NCBI GenBank assembly: GCA_013360215.1
Contig: JABWCP010000023.1
Coordinates: 1-51,692 of the forward strand
Source: a bacterium
Lineage (GTDB): Bacteria; CLD3; SB21
Direction of reading: 5' to 3'
Length of the DNA stretch: 51,692 bases
Position numbers and translations under genes: made by a program. Within the stretch, counting starts at the first letter, position 1. Each line of letters opens with the position of its first letter. The notes under the pieces were generated by a model. The model searched no databases, had not been told where the DNA came from, and worked only from the letters and a program-made list of their open reading frames with translations. Shown one piece after another: positions 28,483 through 38,500 of the stretch.

Positions 28483-29130
28483 TTACCGTTTCTTCTCAAT
28501 GGCCATCATTTTATCAATACGTCCCTGGTGCCTTCCGCCGGTAAAATCCGTTTTGAGGAAAACTTTAACAATATGTTCAGCGACGGTTTCGCCGATCATT
28601 TTAGAACCGAGCGTTAAGACGTTGGCGTTATTATGTTCACGGCTGTTGACGGCTGTCGTGATATCGTAACACATCGCTGCCCGTACGCCGGATACTTTAT
28701 TGGCTACCATACATGAACCGATACCGGCACCGTCAATCATAATACCGCGAAAACACTCACCGGTTGCGACTTGTTTTGCCACGGCTTCTGCAAAATCCGG
28801 ATAATCTACCGATTCCGTCGAATGAGTTCCGACATCGACGATGGTGAACTGCATTTCAGTAAGTACTTTTTTAAGAAATTCTTTTAACGGAAATCCACCG
28901 TGATCCGCGCCCAAGGCTACTTTGCGCTCTGCGCCTTGTTTGAGCGGTACATGGGGAGCTGTAGATGGGACAACAGTTTGCGGCTTAACGATTTGAAATG
29001 TCGCACCTAACTGTTTGGCTTTATCACGTGCTAAGGCCGTAATCAAAGCGTCAGGGGAGATCATAATCGTTTTCTGACCGCTTTTGACGGCTTCGATGAC
29101 TGTACGTTCAGTTATTAATTTTCGTTTCAT
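28483..29130 (-). CDS. rpiB: Ribose-5-phosphate isomerase B with an extra N-terminal domain
   Basis: GADHGG, VDYPD, DGAGIGS, ANKVSGVRAA, REHNNANVLTLG, GGRH. About 67 extra N-terminal residues. Confidence 0.92.
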   Translation of the reverse strand: MKRKLITERTVIEAVKSGQKTIMISPDALITALARDKAKQLGATFQIVKPQTVVPSTAPHVPLKQGAERKVALGADHGGFPLKEFLKKVLTEMQFTIVDVGTHSTESVDYPDFAEAVAKQVATGECFRGIMIDGAGIGSCMVANKVSGVRAAMCYDITTAVNSREHNNANVLTLGSKMIGETVAEHIVKVFLKTDFTGGRHQGRIDKMMAIEKKR

Positions 29131-29138
29131 CGTAATGA

Positions 29139-29993
29139 TTATTCTACTAAAAGTGAAAGATCAAGTGCCGGCGCCGAGTGTGTCAGAGCACCTATGGAAA
29201 TAAAATCCACGCCGGTTTCGGCGATGGCTTGTACCGTATCAAGGGAAACATTACCGGACGCTTCGGTTTCACATCTTTTATTGATTATTGCAGCCGCTTC
29301 ACGCATGGTTTCGATTGTCATATTGTCGAGCATGATGCGCTGAACCTGATAACGCAATGCTTCGCGCACTTCATCCAAATTTTTGGTTTCAACCTCAATG
29401 GACAAATGTAAGTTATTTTGGCGGTTGTATTCAATGGCTTTTTCTATGGCTGCACCGATGCCCCCGGCGGCAGTGATATGATTATCTTTGATCAAAAACA
29501 TATCGTACAAACCGATGCGATGATTGGAACCCCCGCCGCATCGTACGGCGTATTTTTCGAGTTCCCGCCAAAGCGGTGTAGTTTTACGCGTATCTAAAAT
29601 TTGCGCCGATGTGTGTTTTATTTTTTCCGTAAAATGCCGTGTCAATGTGGCGATACCGCTCATTCGCTGGATAAAATTAAGCGCCGTGCGCTCCGCAATA
29701 AGAATAGACCGCATGCTGCCGGTAAAATGCAGGCAGATTTGACCTTTTTCAAGCGTATCACCGTCTTTGGCAGACCATTCCAGTTTGATTTGAGGATTGA
29801 TTTGGCGAAAGACTTCATTGAAAACAAGTTGCCCGGCTAATACGCCTTCCGACTTGGCACGTACATAACCGCGTCCGATTTGTTCGGCCGGCACGGTAGA
29901 GAGTGTCGTTACATCACCAAAACCGAGATCTTCTTCGATAGCGTGTTTGATTTGCGTACGTAAAACAGGGTGTATCGTAAGATGTTGATTCAT
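29139..29993 (-). CDS. nadC: Quinolinate phosphoribosyltransferase (decarboxylating)
   Basis: EDLGFGDVTT, ERTALN, DTRKTTP, HRIGLYD, KDNH, MLDNM, EASG, SIGALTHS. Confidence 0.97.
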   Translation of the reverse strand: MNQHLTIHPVLRTQIKHAIEEDLGFGDVTTLSTVPAEQIGRGYVRAKSEGVLAGQLVFNEVFRQINPQIKLEWSAKDGDTLEKGQICLHFTGSMRSILIAERTALNFIQRMSGIATLTRHFTEKIKHTSAQILDTRKTTPLWRELEKYAVRCGGGSNHRIGLYDMFLIKDNHITAAGGIGAAIEKAIEYNRQNNLHLSIEVETKNLDEVREALRYQVQRIMLDNMTIETMREAAAIINKRCETEASGNVSLDTVQAIAETGVDFISIGALTHSAPALDLSLLVE

Positions 29994-30415
29994 TGTTTTT
30001 CCAGTAAAGTAAGATAGTGATCGCCGCGCCGGATCATACGGGAACGCTGTTGGTCGGTATCGTCATGATAGCCCAAGAGATGCAGGACGCAGTGCGCGCA
30101 AAGTCGTAAAACTTCATTGGTATAAGTGACGCCGTACTCCTTAGCTTGCATCACGGCCTGGTCTAAACTGATATAACATTCACCTTCCAGCGGGGCGTGA
30201 CGGTTTGCACTAAGATCAAAAGTAATCGTATCGGTGGGGTAATCGTGCTTCAAAAATTTTTTATTGTAACGCCGCATCGTAACGTTATCTAAAAAAACAA
30301 AGTGAAAATGTTCCAAATTTCTTTGCGATTCTTTTCGCAGGATCATTTTCGTCAAAGCGATAATACGTTGTTTTGGGACGCGCCGATGCTTGTGGGTATT
30401 GGTTATCGTGATCAT
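29990..30415 (-). CDS. ybeY: rRNA maturation endoribonuclease YbeY
   Basis: NKKFLKHDYPTDTITF, GECYIS, HCVLHLLGYHD. Confidence 0.9.
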   Translation of the reverse strand: MITITNTHKHRRVPKQRIIALTKMILRKESQRNLEHFHFVFLDNVTMRRYNKKFLKHDYPTDTITFDLSANRHAPLEGECYISLDQAVMQAKEYGVTYTNEVLRLCAHCVLHLLGYHDDTDQQRSRMIRRGDHYLTLLEKQ

Positions 30416-32820
30416 GACATCGCGCCTACGGTAATATTCTTTCCGTCAATCGGCAACGGATCGGCTTTAGGATACTCGACGCGCACGTGGTAGATGCCCA
30501 ATATGATCGGGATAAAAGCTTCAGTAATGCGTTTGAGATCACCGATGGTCAGTTCGCATTCGTCAAGTTCACCGGATTTGAGACGGCGTTCGATGATTTC
30601 GTTGACCACATTACGAATCTTTTCCGCATTGGGTTCTTTGATCGCATGGGTAGCGGCTTCGACGCCGTCGGCTAACATGATAATGCCGGATTCTTTGGTT
30701 TTGGGGCGCGGGCCCGGATAACGAAATGACGCTTCGGATATCACGGCATCCGGTTTTTTGTTTTCCATCGCGCGATGATAAAAAAAAGTCATGAGCAGAT
30801 TACCGTGATGTTCCGGGATATAACTTCGGATGATTTTTGGCAAACGGTATTTTTCGGCTAACTCCAGGCCGGAATGAATATGCGAGAGCAGTATTTTTGC
30901 GCTCATGTGCGGATCCAGCCGATCGTGTTTATTCACACCGCCGATCTGGTTTTCTATGAAATATTCGGGCATCTCGATTTTACCGATGTCATGATACAGG
31001 GCGCCGACTCGTGCCAGCAGCGAATTTGCGCCGGTTGCTTCCGCGCCGGCATGGGACAGATTTGCAACGATTACGCTGTGATGATAAGTGCCCGGTGCTT
31101 TCAGCGCAAGTTGTTGTTGCAACGGGTGATTGGAATCAGAAAGTTCGAGTAAAGTAAATGTCGTGCTCACATCAAAAACCTGTTCAAAAAGTACAAGGCA
31201 TCCGAATGCGACCAACATGGACGACATGCCGCTGACGATGGCATAAGGTAACTGATGCAAAAAGATTTCTGTAAATTCGGTATACTTCACAAAACTTGTC
31301 GTCGCAATGATAAAAATATACGCGCCCGATACCCAGAGAACAGAACTGAAAATGTGACTGCGCCGGCTGAAATTAACTACGGTAATGCACGCAACCGAAC
31401 CGACAAATAACAATACAATGGTCGTCGTGTATTCATTGCCTTGCATCGCTCCGATCAAAAAACTGATCGAGATCGTCCCGATCAGTCCGATACGTACGTC
31501 AAAAAGCGTTGTCAGCAGGACGGAACTAAATACGATGGGAATCACAAAGGCCGGAAATTTGAGCACGTGAATGAACACGTAATAGAAAGTAATCTCCAGC
31601 AGAATCAAGGACACGAGCAGTGATAATTTTCGAATACTCGAAAAAATATCGGGTCTGTATATGTAAATATAACCCAGCAAAAAAAACATCAGTGAAAAAA
31701 CTAAAAACGATCGCCCGATAAACGGCAATAGCCATTTAACACCCCCTTCCGCCTCGCGGCGCTGCGCCCACGTGGCTTCCAGTGATTGCAACTGCTGGTG
31801 CGTTTTGGAGGAGATGGTTTCGTTTTTATTAACGATAATGTCGCCGCTTAAAACGAAGCCGTAGGTTTGTGGGACATTAGCCGAAGCTTCACGTTTACGC
31901 GCTTCCGTCTCTTCGCGATTCGCCAAAATATTGGGAATGATGAAACGGGAGAGCACTTCATAACTCAGATTGATCAGCTTGGTATCCGAATAATAGGTTT
32001 TCAGCAAGTCTTGCGTGTGGTAGCGCGCTTCATCCACATCGTTGACGTTTTTGATAAATTCCGTGCTTTCCTTAAGACCTTCGCGTACGTTGATCGGGGA
32101 GATCGGGCTTTTGAAATTATTTTTATCTTCGTCAATAATGCCCAGCGCAAAAAGATCGGTGAGTATGCGCATCCAGTCGCGAGACAGTTCCAGAAATTGC
32201 GACCGGGTTAGCGAGCGGCCTATGGTAGCACGTTTGAGCAAACGAAGGGTGTCGGAACGCATTTGCCCGTAATTATTATCAATCGTTGCATTTTCTTTGT
32301 TGACCAAAAAAGCCCAACGTTCCTCCATAACACTAAAACCGAATTTTCGGATAATCGCGCTTTTGACGGAATCAAATGCGGGAGGGATATAGTTTTGTGT
32401 CTGGCCGTCGTTATCTTTGTATTCAAAAGGTTTCGGCGCATTACGCAAAAGGTCCAAGTAGTTTATGAATTCATCAAGGTTGGCTAATTGGGATTTAGCG
32501 AGTGCCGAATTGCGATCAAATACCGGTGCGACTAAACTTTGAGCATCACGGCGTTCCGTCGTCAGTTGATCCGGCGTTTTGTATACGGGAAACGTAAATG
32601 GTGCGCGAACTTCATCGGGTGAAATCGAGCCGATTTTGTATTCGGAGTAACGGGTAAAATCACTGTCCGGAAACATCAACACAGGGCCGATGATCAGAGC
32701 AAGGATAATACCGATTTTAGCTATAAGATGTTTTTTACCGAAAACCACGCGCATAAAGAGAGCGGGGGATTTGATCAGAATAGCGCGCGCAATGCGATTT
32801 CGGTTGAGTAAATCGGGCAT
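30412..32820 (-). CDS. 7TM-HD phosphohydrolase (PgpH-like cyclic-dinucleotide phosphodiesterase)
   Basis: N-terminal TM, large extracytoplasmic domain, multi-TM region, then TLLELSD, APGTYHHS, YHDIGK, EHHG, FRYPGPRP, MLADGVEA. Confidence 0.92.
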   Translation of the reverse strand: MPDLLNRNRIARAILIKSPALFMRVVFGKKHLIAKIGIILALIIGPVLMFPDSDFTRYSEYKIGSISPDEVRAPFTFPVYKTPDQLTTERRDAQSLVAPVFDRNSALAKSQLANLDEFINYLDLLRNAPKPFEYKDNDGQTQNYIPPAFDSVKSAIIRKFGFSVMEERWAFLVNKENATIDNNYGQMRSDTLRLLKRATIGRSLTRSQFLELSRDWMRILTDLFALGIIDEDKNNFKSPISPINVREGLKESTEFIKNVNDVDEARYHTQDLLKTYYSDTKLINLSYEVLSRFIIPNILANREETEARKREASANVPQTYGFVLSGDIIVNKNETISSKTHQQLQSLEATWAQRREAEGGVKWLLPFIGRSFLVFSLMFFLLGYIYIYRPDIFSSIRKLSLLVSLILLEITFYYVFIHVLKFPAFVIPIVFSSVLLTTLFDVRIGLIGTISISFLIGAMQGNEYTTTIVLLFVGSVACITVVNFSRRSHIFSSVLWVSGAYIFIIATTSFVKYTEFTEIFLHQLPYAIVSGMSSMLVAFGCLVLFEQVFDVSTTFTLLELSDSNHPLQQQLALKAPGTYHHSVIVANLSHAGAEATGANSLLARVGALYHDIGKIEMPEYFIENQIGGVNKHDRLDPHMSAKILLSHIHSGLELAEKYRLPKIIRSYIPEHHGNLLMTFFYHRAMENKKPDAVISEASFRYPGPRPKTKESGIIMLADGVEAATHAIKEPNAEKIRNVVNEIIERRLKSGELDECELTIGDLKRITEAFIPIILGIYHVRVEYPKADPLPIDGKNITVGAMS

Positions 32821-32825
32821 GAGAT

Positions 32826-33983
32826 TTAAGCTATCGTTTTTAATATTTCACGCGCAATGATGAGGCGTTGTATTTCAGAAGTACCTTCGCCGATTTCGCC
32901 GATTTTAGCATCACGGAAAAAACGTTCCGAATTATAGCGGTCGGTGCATCCGACGGCGCCGAGAATCTGAATGGCTTTGATGCAATTTTGCATGGCCAAT
33001 TCCGTCGCATGCAGTTTGGACATAGCCGCTTCTTTGGTAAAAGGCTGGCCGGCATCTTTGAGGCGAGCGGCATGAAGCATCAAATGCCAGCTGCACTGGA
33101 TACCCAGCGCCATGTCTGCCAACATAAATTGTATGCCCTGATTATCCGAAATCGGACGTTCAAACTGCATACGTGTTTTAGAATATTGCAACGCTTCTTC
33201 ATACGCGCCGATCGCGATACCCAGTGAAAGCGCGGCGACGCCTACGCGACCGCCGTCAAGAACTTTGAGAAAACCTTTGAACCCTTCGCCGGGTTTGCCG
33301 AGCAGATTTTCTTTGGGCACGATCATATTTTCAAAGTGCAACATACGCGTGTCCGATGCGCGCCAACCCATTTTGTCTTCTTTTTTCCCGATGATAAAAC
33401 CGGGAAACGTTTTTTCAACAATAAACGAACTGATCCCGCTTTTACCTTTGGTTTTATCCGTAACGGCGGTGATAACAAAAGTGTCCGCGTAACCTGCCGA
33501 AGTGATAAAAATTTTAGAGCCGTTGATCACATAATGATCGCCTTTATTTTCGGCAAACGTGCGCGTACCGCCCGCATCGCTGCCCGCGCCGGGTTCCGTT
33601 AATCCGAAAGAACCGAGCTTTTCACCGCGTGCCAGCGGCGCAAGATATTTCAGCTTTTGTTCGTGCGTACCCATAAGCCAAATCGGGCCGCAACCGATGC
33701 CGGTGTGCGCGCCGAGCGTGATACCGTGCGAAGCGCATACTTTTGAAAGTTCGATCACAGCCAGGCAGTAGCCGACCGTGGACATGCCCAGTCCGCCGTA
33801 TTCTTTAGGAAATGGAATGCCCATCCATCCGTGTTCGCCCATTTTGCGAACATTGTCGGCGGGAAAGATGGATTTTTCATCATATTCTTTGGCTACCGGT
33901 TCGATATATTGTTTGGTAAACGCACGCACTTCATCGCGAAGACGGATTTCTTCCGGCGAAAATTCAAACGGGAAAAACGACAT
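32826..33983 (-). CDS. Acyl-CoA dehydrogenase (short/branched-chain type)
   Basis: FGLTEPGAGSDAG, NGSKIFIT, LDGGR, RMQFERPI, EIGEGTSEIQR. Confidence 0.95.
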   Translation of the reverse strand: MSFFPFEFSPEEIRLRDEVRAFTKQYIEPVAKEYDEKSIFPADNVRKMGEHGWMGIPFPKEYGGLGMSTVGYCLAVIELSKVCASHGITLGAHTGIGCGPIWLMGTHEQKLKYLAPLARGEKLGSFGLTEPGAGSDAGGTRTFAENKGDHYVINGSKIFITSAGYADTFVITAVTDKTKGKSGISSFIVEKTFPGFIIGKKEDKMGWRASDTRMLHFENMIVPKENLLGKPGEGFKGFLKVLDGGRVGVAALSLGIAIGAYEEALQYSKTRMQFERPISDNQGIQFMLADMALGIQCSWHLMLHAARLKDAGQPFTKEAAMSKLHATELAMQNCIKAIQILGAVGCTDRYNSERFFRDAKIGEIGEGTSEIQRLIIAREILKTIA

Positions 33984-34022
33984 ATTCCGAAGATCCTTTC
34001 AGAGAGAAAATTTGACGCCGTG

Positions 34023-34051
34023 AATATAGATACGGTGGTCGGTATAATCAA
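34023..34051 (-). promoter_or_regulatory. Putative sigma70 promoter for the acyl-CoA dehydrogenase to rpiB operon
   Basis: Minus strand TTGATT, 17-bp spacer, TATATT, 40 nt upstream of the start codon. Confidence 0.55.
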
Positions 34052-34079
34052 GAAGTTAGCGGGTTAGTGTTCATCTAAA

Positions 34080-34115
34080 TACAAAAGCCGTTCCATGCGT
34101 TGAACGGCTTTTGTA
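34080..34115. terminator. Intrinsic terminator after trxA (symmetric)
   Basis: 14-bp perfect stem TACAAAAGCCGTTC / GAACGGCTTTTGTA. Confidence 0.75.
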
Positions 34116-34183
34116 GTTTATGAATGTTTCGTTACTTCCGCATGCGCGGTGTAGCGGTATGCCCCGTAGGGGCGAAAGTTCTT

Positions 34184-34513
34184 TTATTTGGCCATTACGC
34201 CGTTGAGTTTTTCAACGAGTTTGGCCTTGGGAACGGCCCCGACTACTTTATCGGCAAGTTGACCATTTTTGAAAAACAGTAACGTCGGAATACTCATAAT
34301 GCCAAACTTGGAAGCTACGGCGGGATTGGCATCCACGTCAATTTTACAGATTTTAGCTTTGCCGTCGTATTCTTTGGCTAATTCTTCAACCATAGGCGCG
34401 ATCATACGGCACGGGCCGCACCACGTTGCCCAAAAATCTACCAATACAGGTTTATCGGATTTGATAACTTCATTTTCAAAGCTCGCATCACTCAATACTA
34501 CAGGATGACTCAT
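34184..34513 (-). CDS. trxA: Thioredoxin
   Basis: DFWATWCGPC and SIPT; GAGGAG SD. Confidence 0.97.
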   Translation of the reverse strand: MSHPVVLSDASFENEVIKSDKPVLVDFWATWCGPCRMIAPMVEELAKEYDGKAKICKIDVDANPAVASKFGIMSIPTLLFFKNGQLADKVVGAVPKAKLVEKLNGVMAK

Positions 34514-34573
34514 AATTTAACTCCTCATTTCGCTATATTTTCAGTTCGTGCAAATCGTGTAACGTAGTAAGTT

Positions 34574-35110
34574 TCAGTTTATTCCACCCGTGGCGGGTGT
34601 ATCGGTTCCGCTTGTTTCATTAACCGTGTTCGATGCCGGTTTATGCGTAAGCACAAAGATCGTCATAATGATCATACCGAGAACGACGGCGGAATCGGCA
34701 ACATTGAATACCGGCCAGCGTTGCATACCCAGCATGTCCGGAATATCCACATCCATGAAGTCCACTACGCGTCCAAACATCACACGGTCAATCAGATTGC
34801 CCACCGCACCGCCAAGAATCAGCGAGAGGGAAAAGCGGTAAGGCCATTTTTCGTGACGCATAGAATGGATGTATGCGATCAGTGCGCCGGATGCGACGAT
34901 CGAAACGATCGAAAAAAACCAACGACCCCAAAACGGATGATCTTCAAAAAAACGAATACCGAATGCCATACCGGGATTTTCAAGATAGGTCAGTTGTATT
35001 GTCGTATCCCAGAGAGGAATACTGTCGTGCAGTATCATCGTTTCTTTCACGATATACTTAGTGATCTGATCCAGTATGACGATGATGATCGCTACCCAAT
35101 AGTTTTTCAA
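34574..35110 (-). CDS. lspA: Lipoprotein signal peptidase II
   Basis: DQITK, ENPGMAFG, GAVGNLIDR, VVDF, FNVADS. TTG at 35110 is the likely start, just after the dksA-like stop. Confidence 0.95.
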   Translation of the reverse strand: MKNYWVAIIIVILDQITKYIVKETMILHDSIPLWDTTIQLTYLENPGMAFGIRFFEDHPFWGRWFFSIVSIVASGALIAYIHSMRHEKWPYRFSLSLILGGAVGNLIDRVMFGRVVDFMDVDIPDMLGMQRWPVFNVADSAVVLGMIIMTIFVLTHKPASNTVNETSGTDTPATGGIN

Positions 35111-35124
35111 AATCGTTTTCTTTC

Positions 35125-35523
35125 TTAGGCTTCGGACTGATGTTCTTTTTGTTTTACTTCTTCCAATTTCTTTTTGCACGCGACGTGATACTTGGCGACA
35201 AGTACCATTTCGAGGCGCTCTTTTTCGATATCTTTATTGCATATCATACATACGCCGTAAGTGCCGGCTTTGACGCGTTCCATCGCATCGGCTAAGTCGG
35301 ACAAATATTTATTTTCACGTGCAGCAAGCATGAATTGTTTTTCGCGATCATGCGTATCGCTGCCTTGATCGGCCATGTGGAACGAATAACCCGAGTGATC
35401 GCCGGCTGCTTCGCGCGACGTTTCTTCGAGCAATGTCTCCTTGATATAACCCATATCCTTCAGGACTTTATTGATCTCTTCCTGAAGCAGCTTTTTGAAG
35501 TATTCAAGGTCCTTCTTCTTCAT
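35125..35523 (-). CDS. TraR/DksA family transcription factor
   Basis: Coiled coil with HMADQGSD tip, GTYGVC, zinc finger CMIC-x17-HVAC; lies between ileS and lspA. Confidence 0.9.
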   Translation of the reverse strand: MKKKDLEYFKKLLQEEINKVLKDMGYIKETLLEETSREAAGDHSGYSFHMADQGSDTHDREKQFMLAARENKYLSDLADAMERVKAGTYGVCMICNKDIEKERLEMVLVAKYHVACKKKLEEVKQKEHQSEA

Positions 35524-35563
35524 GATAACCCCTCTCGTTTATGTGAACTACCTTTTTTTCGAT

Positions 35564-38500
35564 TTATCCGCGCACACGGCGCAAGCCGATCTTAAGCGTC
35601 GTATCATGGAGCTCCGCATCCCGCACGATTTCACCCTCCGGTGATTGAACGGAAATTTCGGTAGCCAATGTTTCATTCATAATATAATTTTTTTGATTCT
35701 GAATTGCTTTCAAAATCGTCGGTTCGGCCTGCAGCGTGATAATGATGCGGTCGGTTACTTCAAAATCCGCGTCTTTGCGCAGGTTTTGTAAGCGATTGAT
35801 AAATTCACGCGCTATGCCTTCATCCACGAGTTCTGCCGTGAGATGGGTATCCAGGGCTACCGTCAGATCGGCATCCGATTGGACGGCCAAACCTTCTTTT
35901 TCTTCATGCAGGATTTCGACATCGACTTTGGTGATCGCCACTTCATGGCCGGCAACATTCAGATCATAATGATCTTTTTCGATCAGGAGCGAAATTTCTT
36001 TTTCCGAAAAATCTTTGATCGCTTGTGCCGCCATATTGACATTCTTACCGAATTTCGGGCCAAGTGCTTTAAAATTGGGTTTAGCTTTACGGTTGACCAA
36101 ACTGCCGGTATCAGTTACAAATTCAATAGCCTTGACGTTGAGTTCATTTTTGATGATGTCACTGAAATCATTGATATGGCCGCGCACCGATTCTTTTTCA
36201 GTGACCACGATGATCTTGGCCAAAGGCTGACGCACTTTCAATTCTTTGAGTTCACGCAATGCGCGTCCGAGTTGAACGACGCGACGCGGAGAGCTCATCT
36301 TGGTTTCTAAAGCCAAATCCATTTTGGCCTTTTCCGCCTCGGGAAAATAGGCCAAATGAACGCTGGTTTTGTCATCTTCGTTTTGCATCAGGTGGCGATA
36401 CATCTTTTCTGCAAGGAAAGGACAAAAGGGTGCGATAAGACGGCTCAAGGTTTCAAGTATTTCAAAAAGAGTTTGATACGCCGCTGTTTTATCGCTTCCT
36501 TTTTCGCCTTTCCAGAAGCGGCGGCGCGACAGACGGATATACCAGTTGGATAAATCCTGATCAACAAATTCCTGAATCAATTTACCGGCTTTGCAGGTGT
36601 CAAATTGGTTCAAATGTTCCGTCACTTCGCGGACGGTGCTATGCAGACGCGATAAAATCCAACGATCAAGTTCCGTACGATCGCTCAACGCGATGGATGC
36701 GGCTTTCGGATCGAAGCCGTCAATATTGGCATAGAGCGTGAAAAATTTATACGTCTCAAGCAGCGGACGGAAAAATTTCTTTTTCATTTCCGTCAAGCCT
36801 TCGAGGTCAAATCGTTTGGGGAGCCAGATCGGCGTATTGACCAAAAGATACCAGCGTAAAATATCGGCACCGTACTGATCCAGCATTTCAAAAGGATTGA
36901 CGACATTGCCGAGCGACTTACTCATTTTGCGTCCTTGGCCGTCGAGCACGAGTTCGTTGACTACGACATTTTTATACGGCGCTTTGCCGAATAAAAACGT
37001 AGAAATGGACATCAGCGAATAAAACCAACCACGGGTCTGATCCACGCCTTCGCAGATAAAATCGGCGGGATATTGGCGTTCAAAAATTTCTTTATTCTCA
37101 AACGGATAATGCCACTGTGCATAAGGCATTGCACCCGAGTCAAACCATACGTCAATGACTTCGGGGGTGCGGGTAAATGTTTTCCCGTCCTTCTCGATCA
37201 CGACGTGATCTACATAAGGCTTATGCAAATCAAGATCGGCCGGTACGGGCGAACCGTCTTTCATTCGGCCTTTTTGCAGTTCTTCACGGCTGCCGACGCA
37301 AATCATTTCGCCGGACTCTTCGTGTACCCATATCGGAAGCGGGGTTCCCCAATAACGATCGCGGGATAACGACCAATCAATATTATTGCGCAACCAATTG
37401 CCGAAGCGGCCTTCCTTGATTTCCGGGGGAAACCATTGCACCGTTTCGTTATTGGCCACCATATTGTCTTTATAGGTCGTCGTGCGAATATACCACGCAT
37501 CGCGGGCGTAGTAGATCAACGGTGTACGATGACGCCAGCAGTGCGGATAACTGTGTTTGAATTTTTCAGAGCGGAAAAGCATGCCCCGCCGTTTGAGGTT
37601 AGTGATGATTTCCGGGTCGGCATCTTTGACAAACATGCCTTTGAATTCTTTGACGGCTTCTTCGAATTTTCCTGCAGCATCCACCGGGCGCAGAAAAGGC
37701 AATCCGTTGGCTTTACATACTTGGTAGTCGTCTTCGCCGAAAGCCGGCGCCGTATGCACAATGCCGGAACCATCATCGGTCGTAACAAAATCGCCCGCGA
37801 TCACAAAAAACGCTTTTTTGTCAACCGGGATATCATCAAATAAACGTTCGTATTCCCAGCCAAGGATGTGTGCGCCTTTGAAACGTTCGATAATTTCATA
37901 ATCTTCTTTTAGTACATCTTTGACGCGGGCTTCAGCCAAAATGAGAAACTGATCTTTATATTTGGCTTTGACGTAATCAATATCTTTGCCGACAGCAAGT
38001 GCTACATTGGAAATAAGCGTCCAGGGTGTCGTAGTCCATACCAGAAAATAGGTGTTTTCATGGCCGTGTACTTTCATTTTTACATACACGGAGGGATCGC
38101 TTACATCCTGATAACCCTGAGCCACTTCGTGGGATGAAAGCGGTGTACCGCATTTGGGACAATAGGGAACAACTTTGAAGCCTTTGTACACTAAACCTTT
38201 TTCAAAATACTGCTTGAGAATCCACCACACGGATTCGACGTAATTATTATCACAGGTGATATACGGATCTTTGAGATCCACCCAATAGCCCATGCGGTCG
38301 GTCAGCTGATCCCACAATTCCTTATACGTCCAGACGCTTTCAAAACATTTTTTATTGAAGGCCTCCATGCCGAACGCTTCGATATCTTTTTTGCCGGATA
38401 ATTTGAGCGATTTTTCAACCTCGATTTCGACGGGAAGCCCGTGCGTATCCCAGCCGCCTTTGCGCTCGACGCGGTAGCCTTGCATCGTCTTGTAGCGGCA

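Noticed and set aside
34161-34173. Small hairpin GCCCCGTAGGGGC resembling a REP element
   Set aside because: Only one copy seen in the window and no associated transposase.
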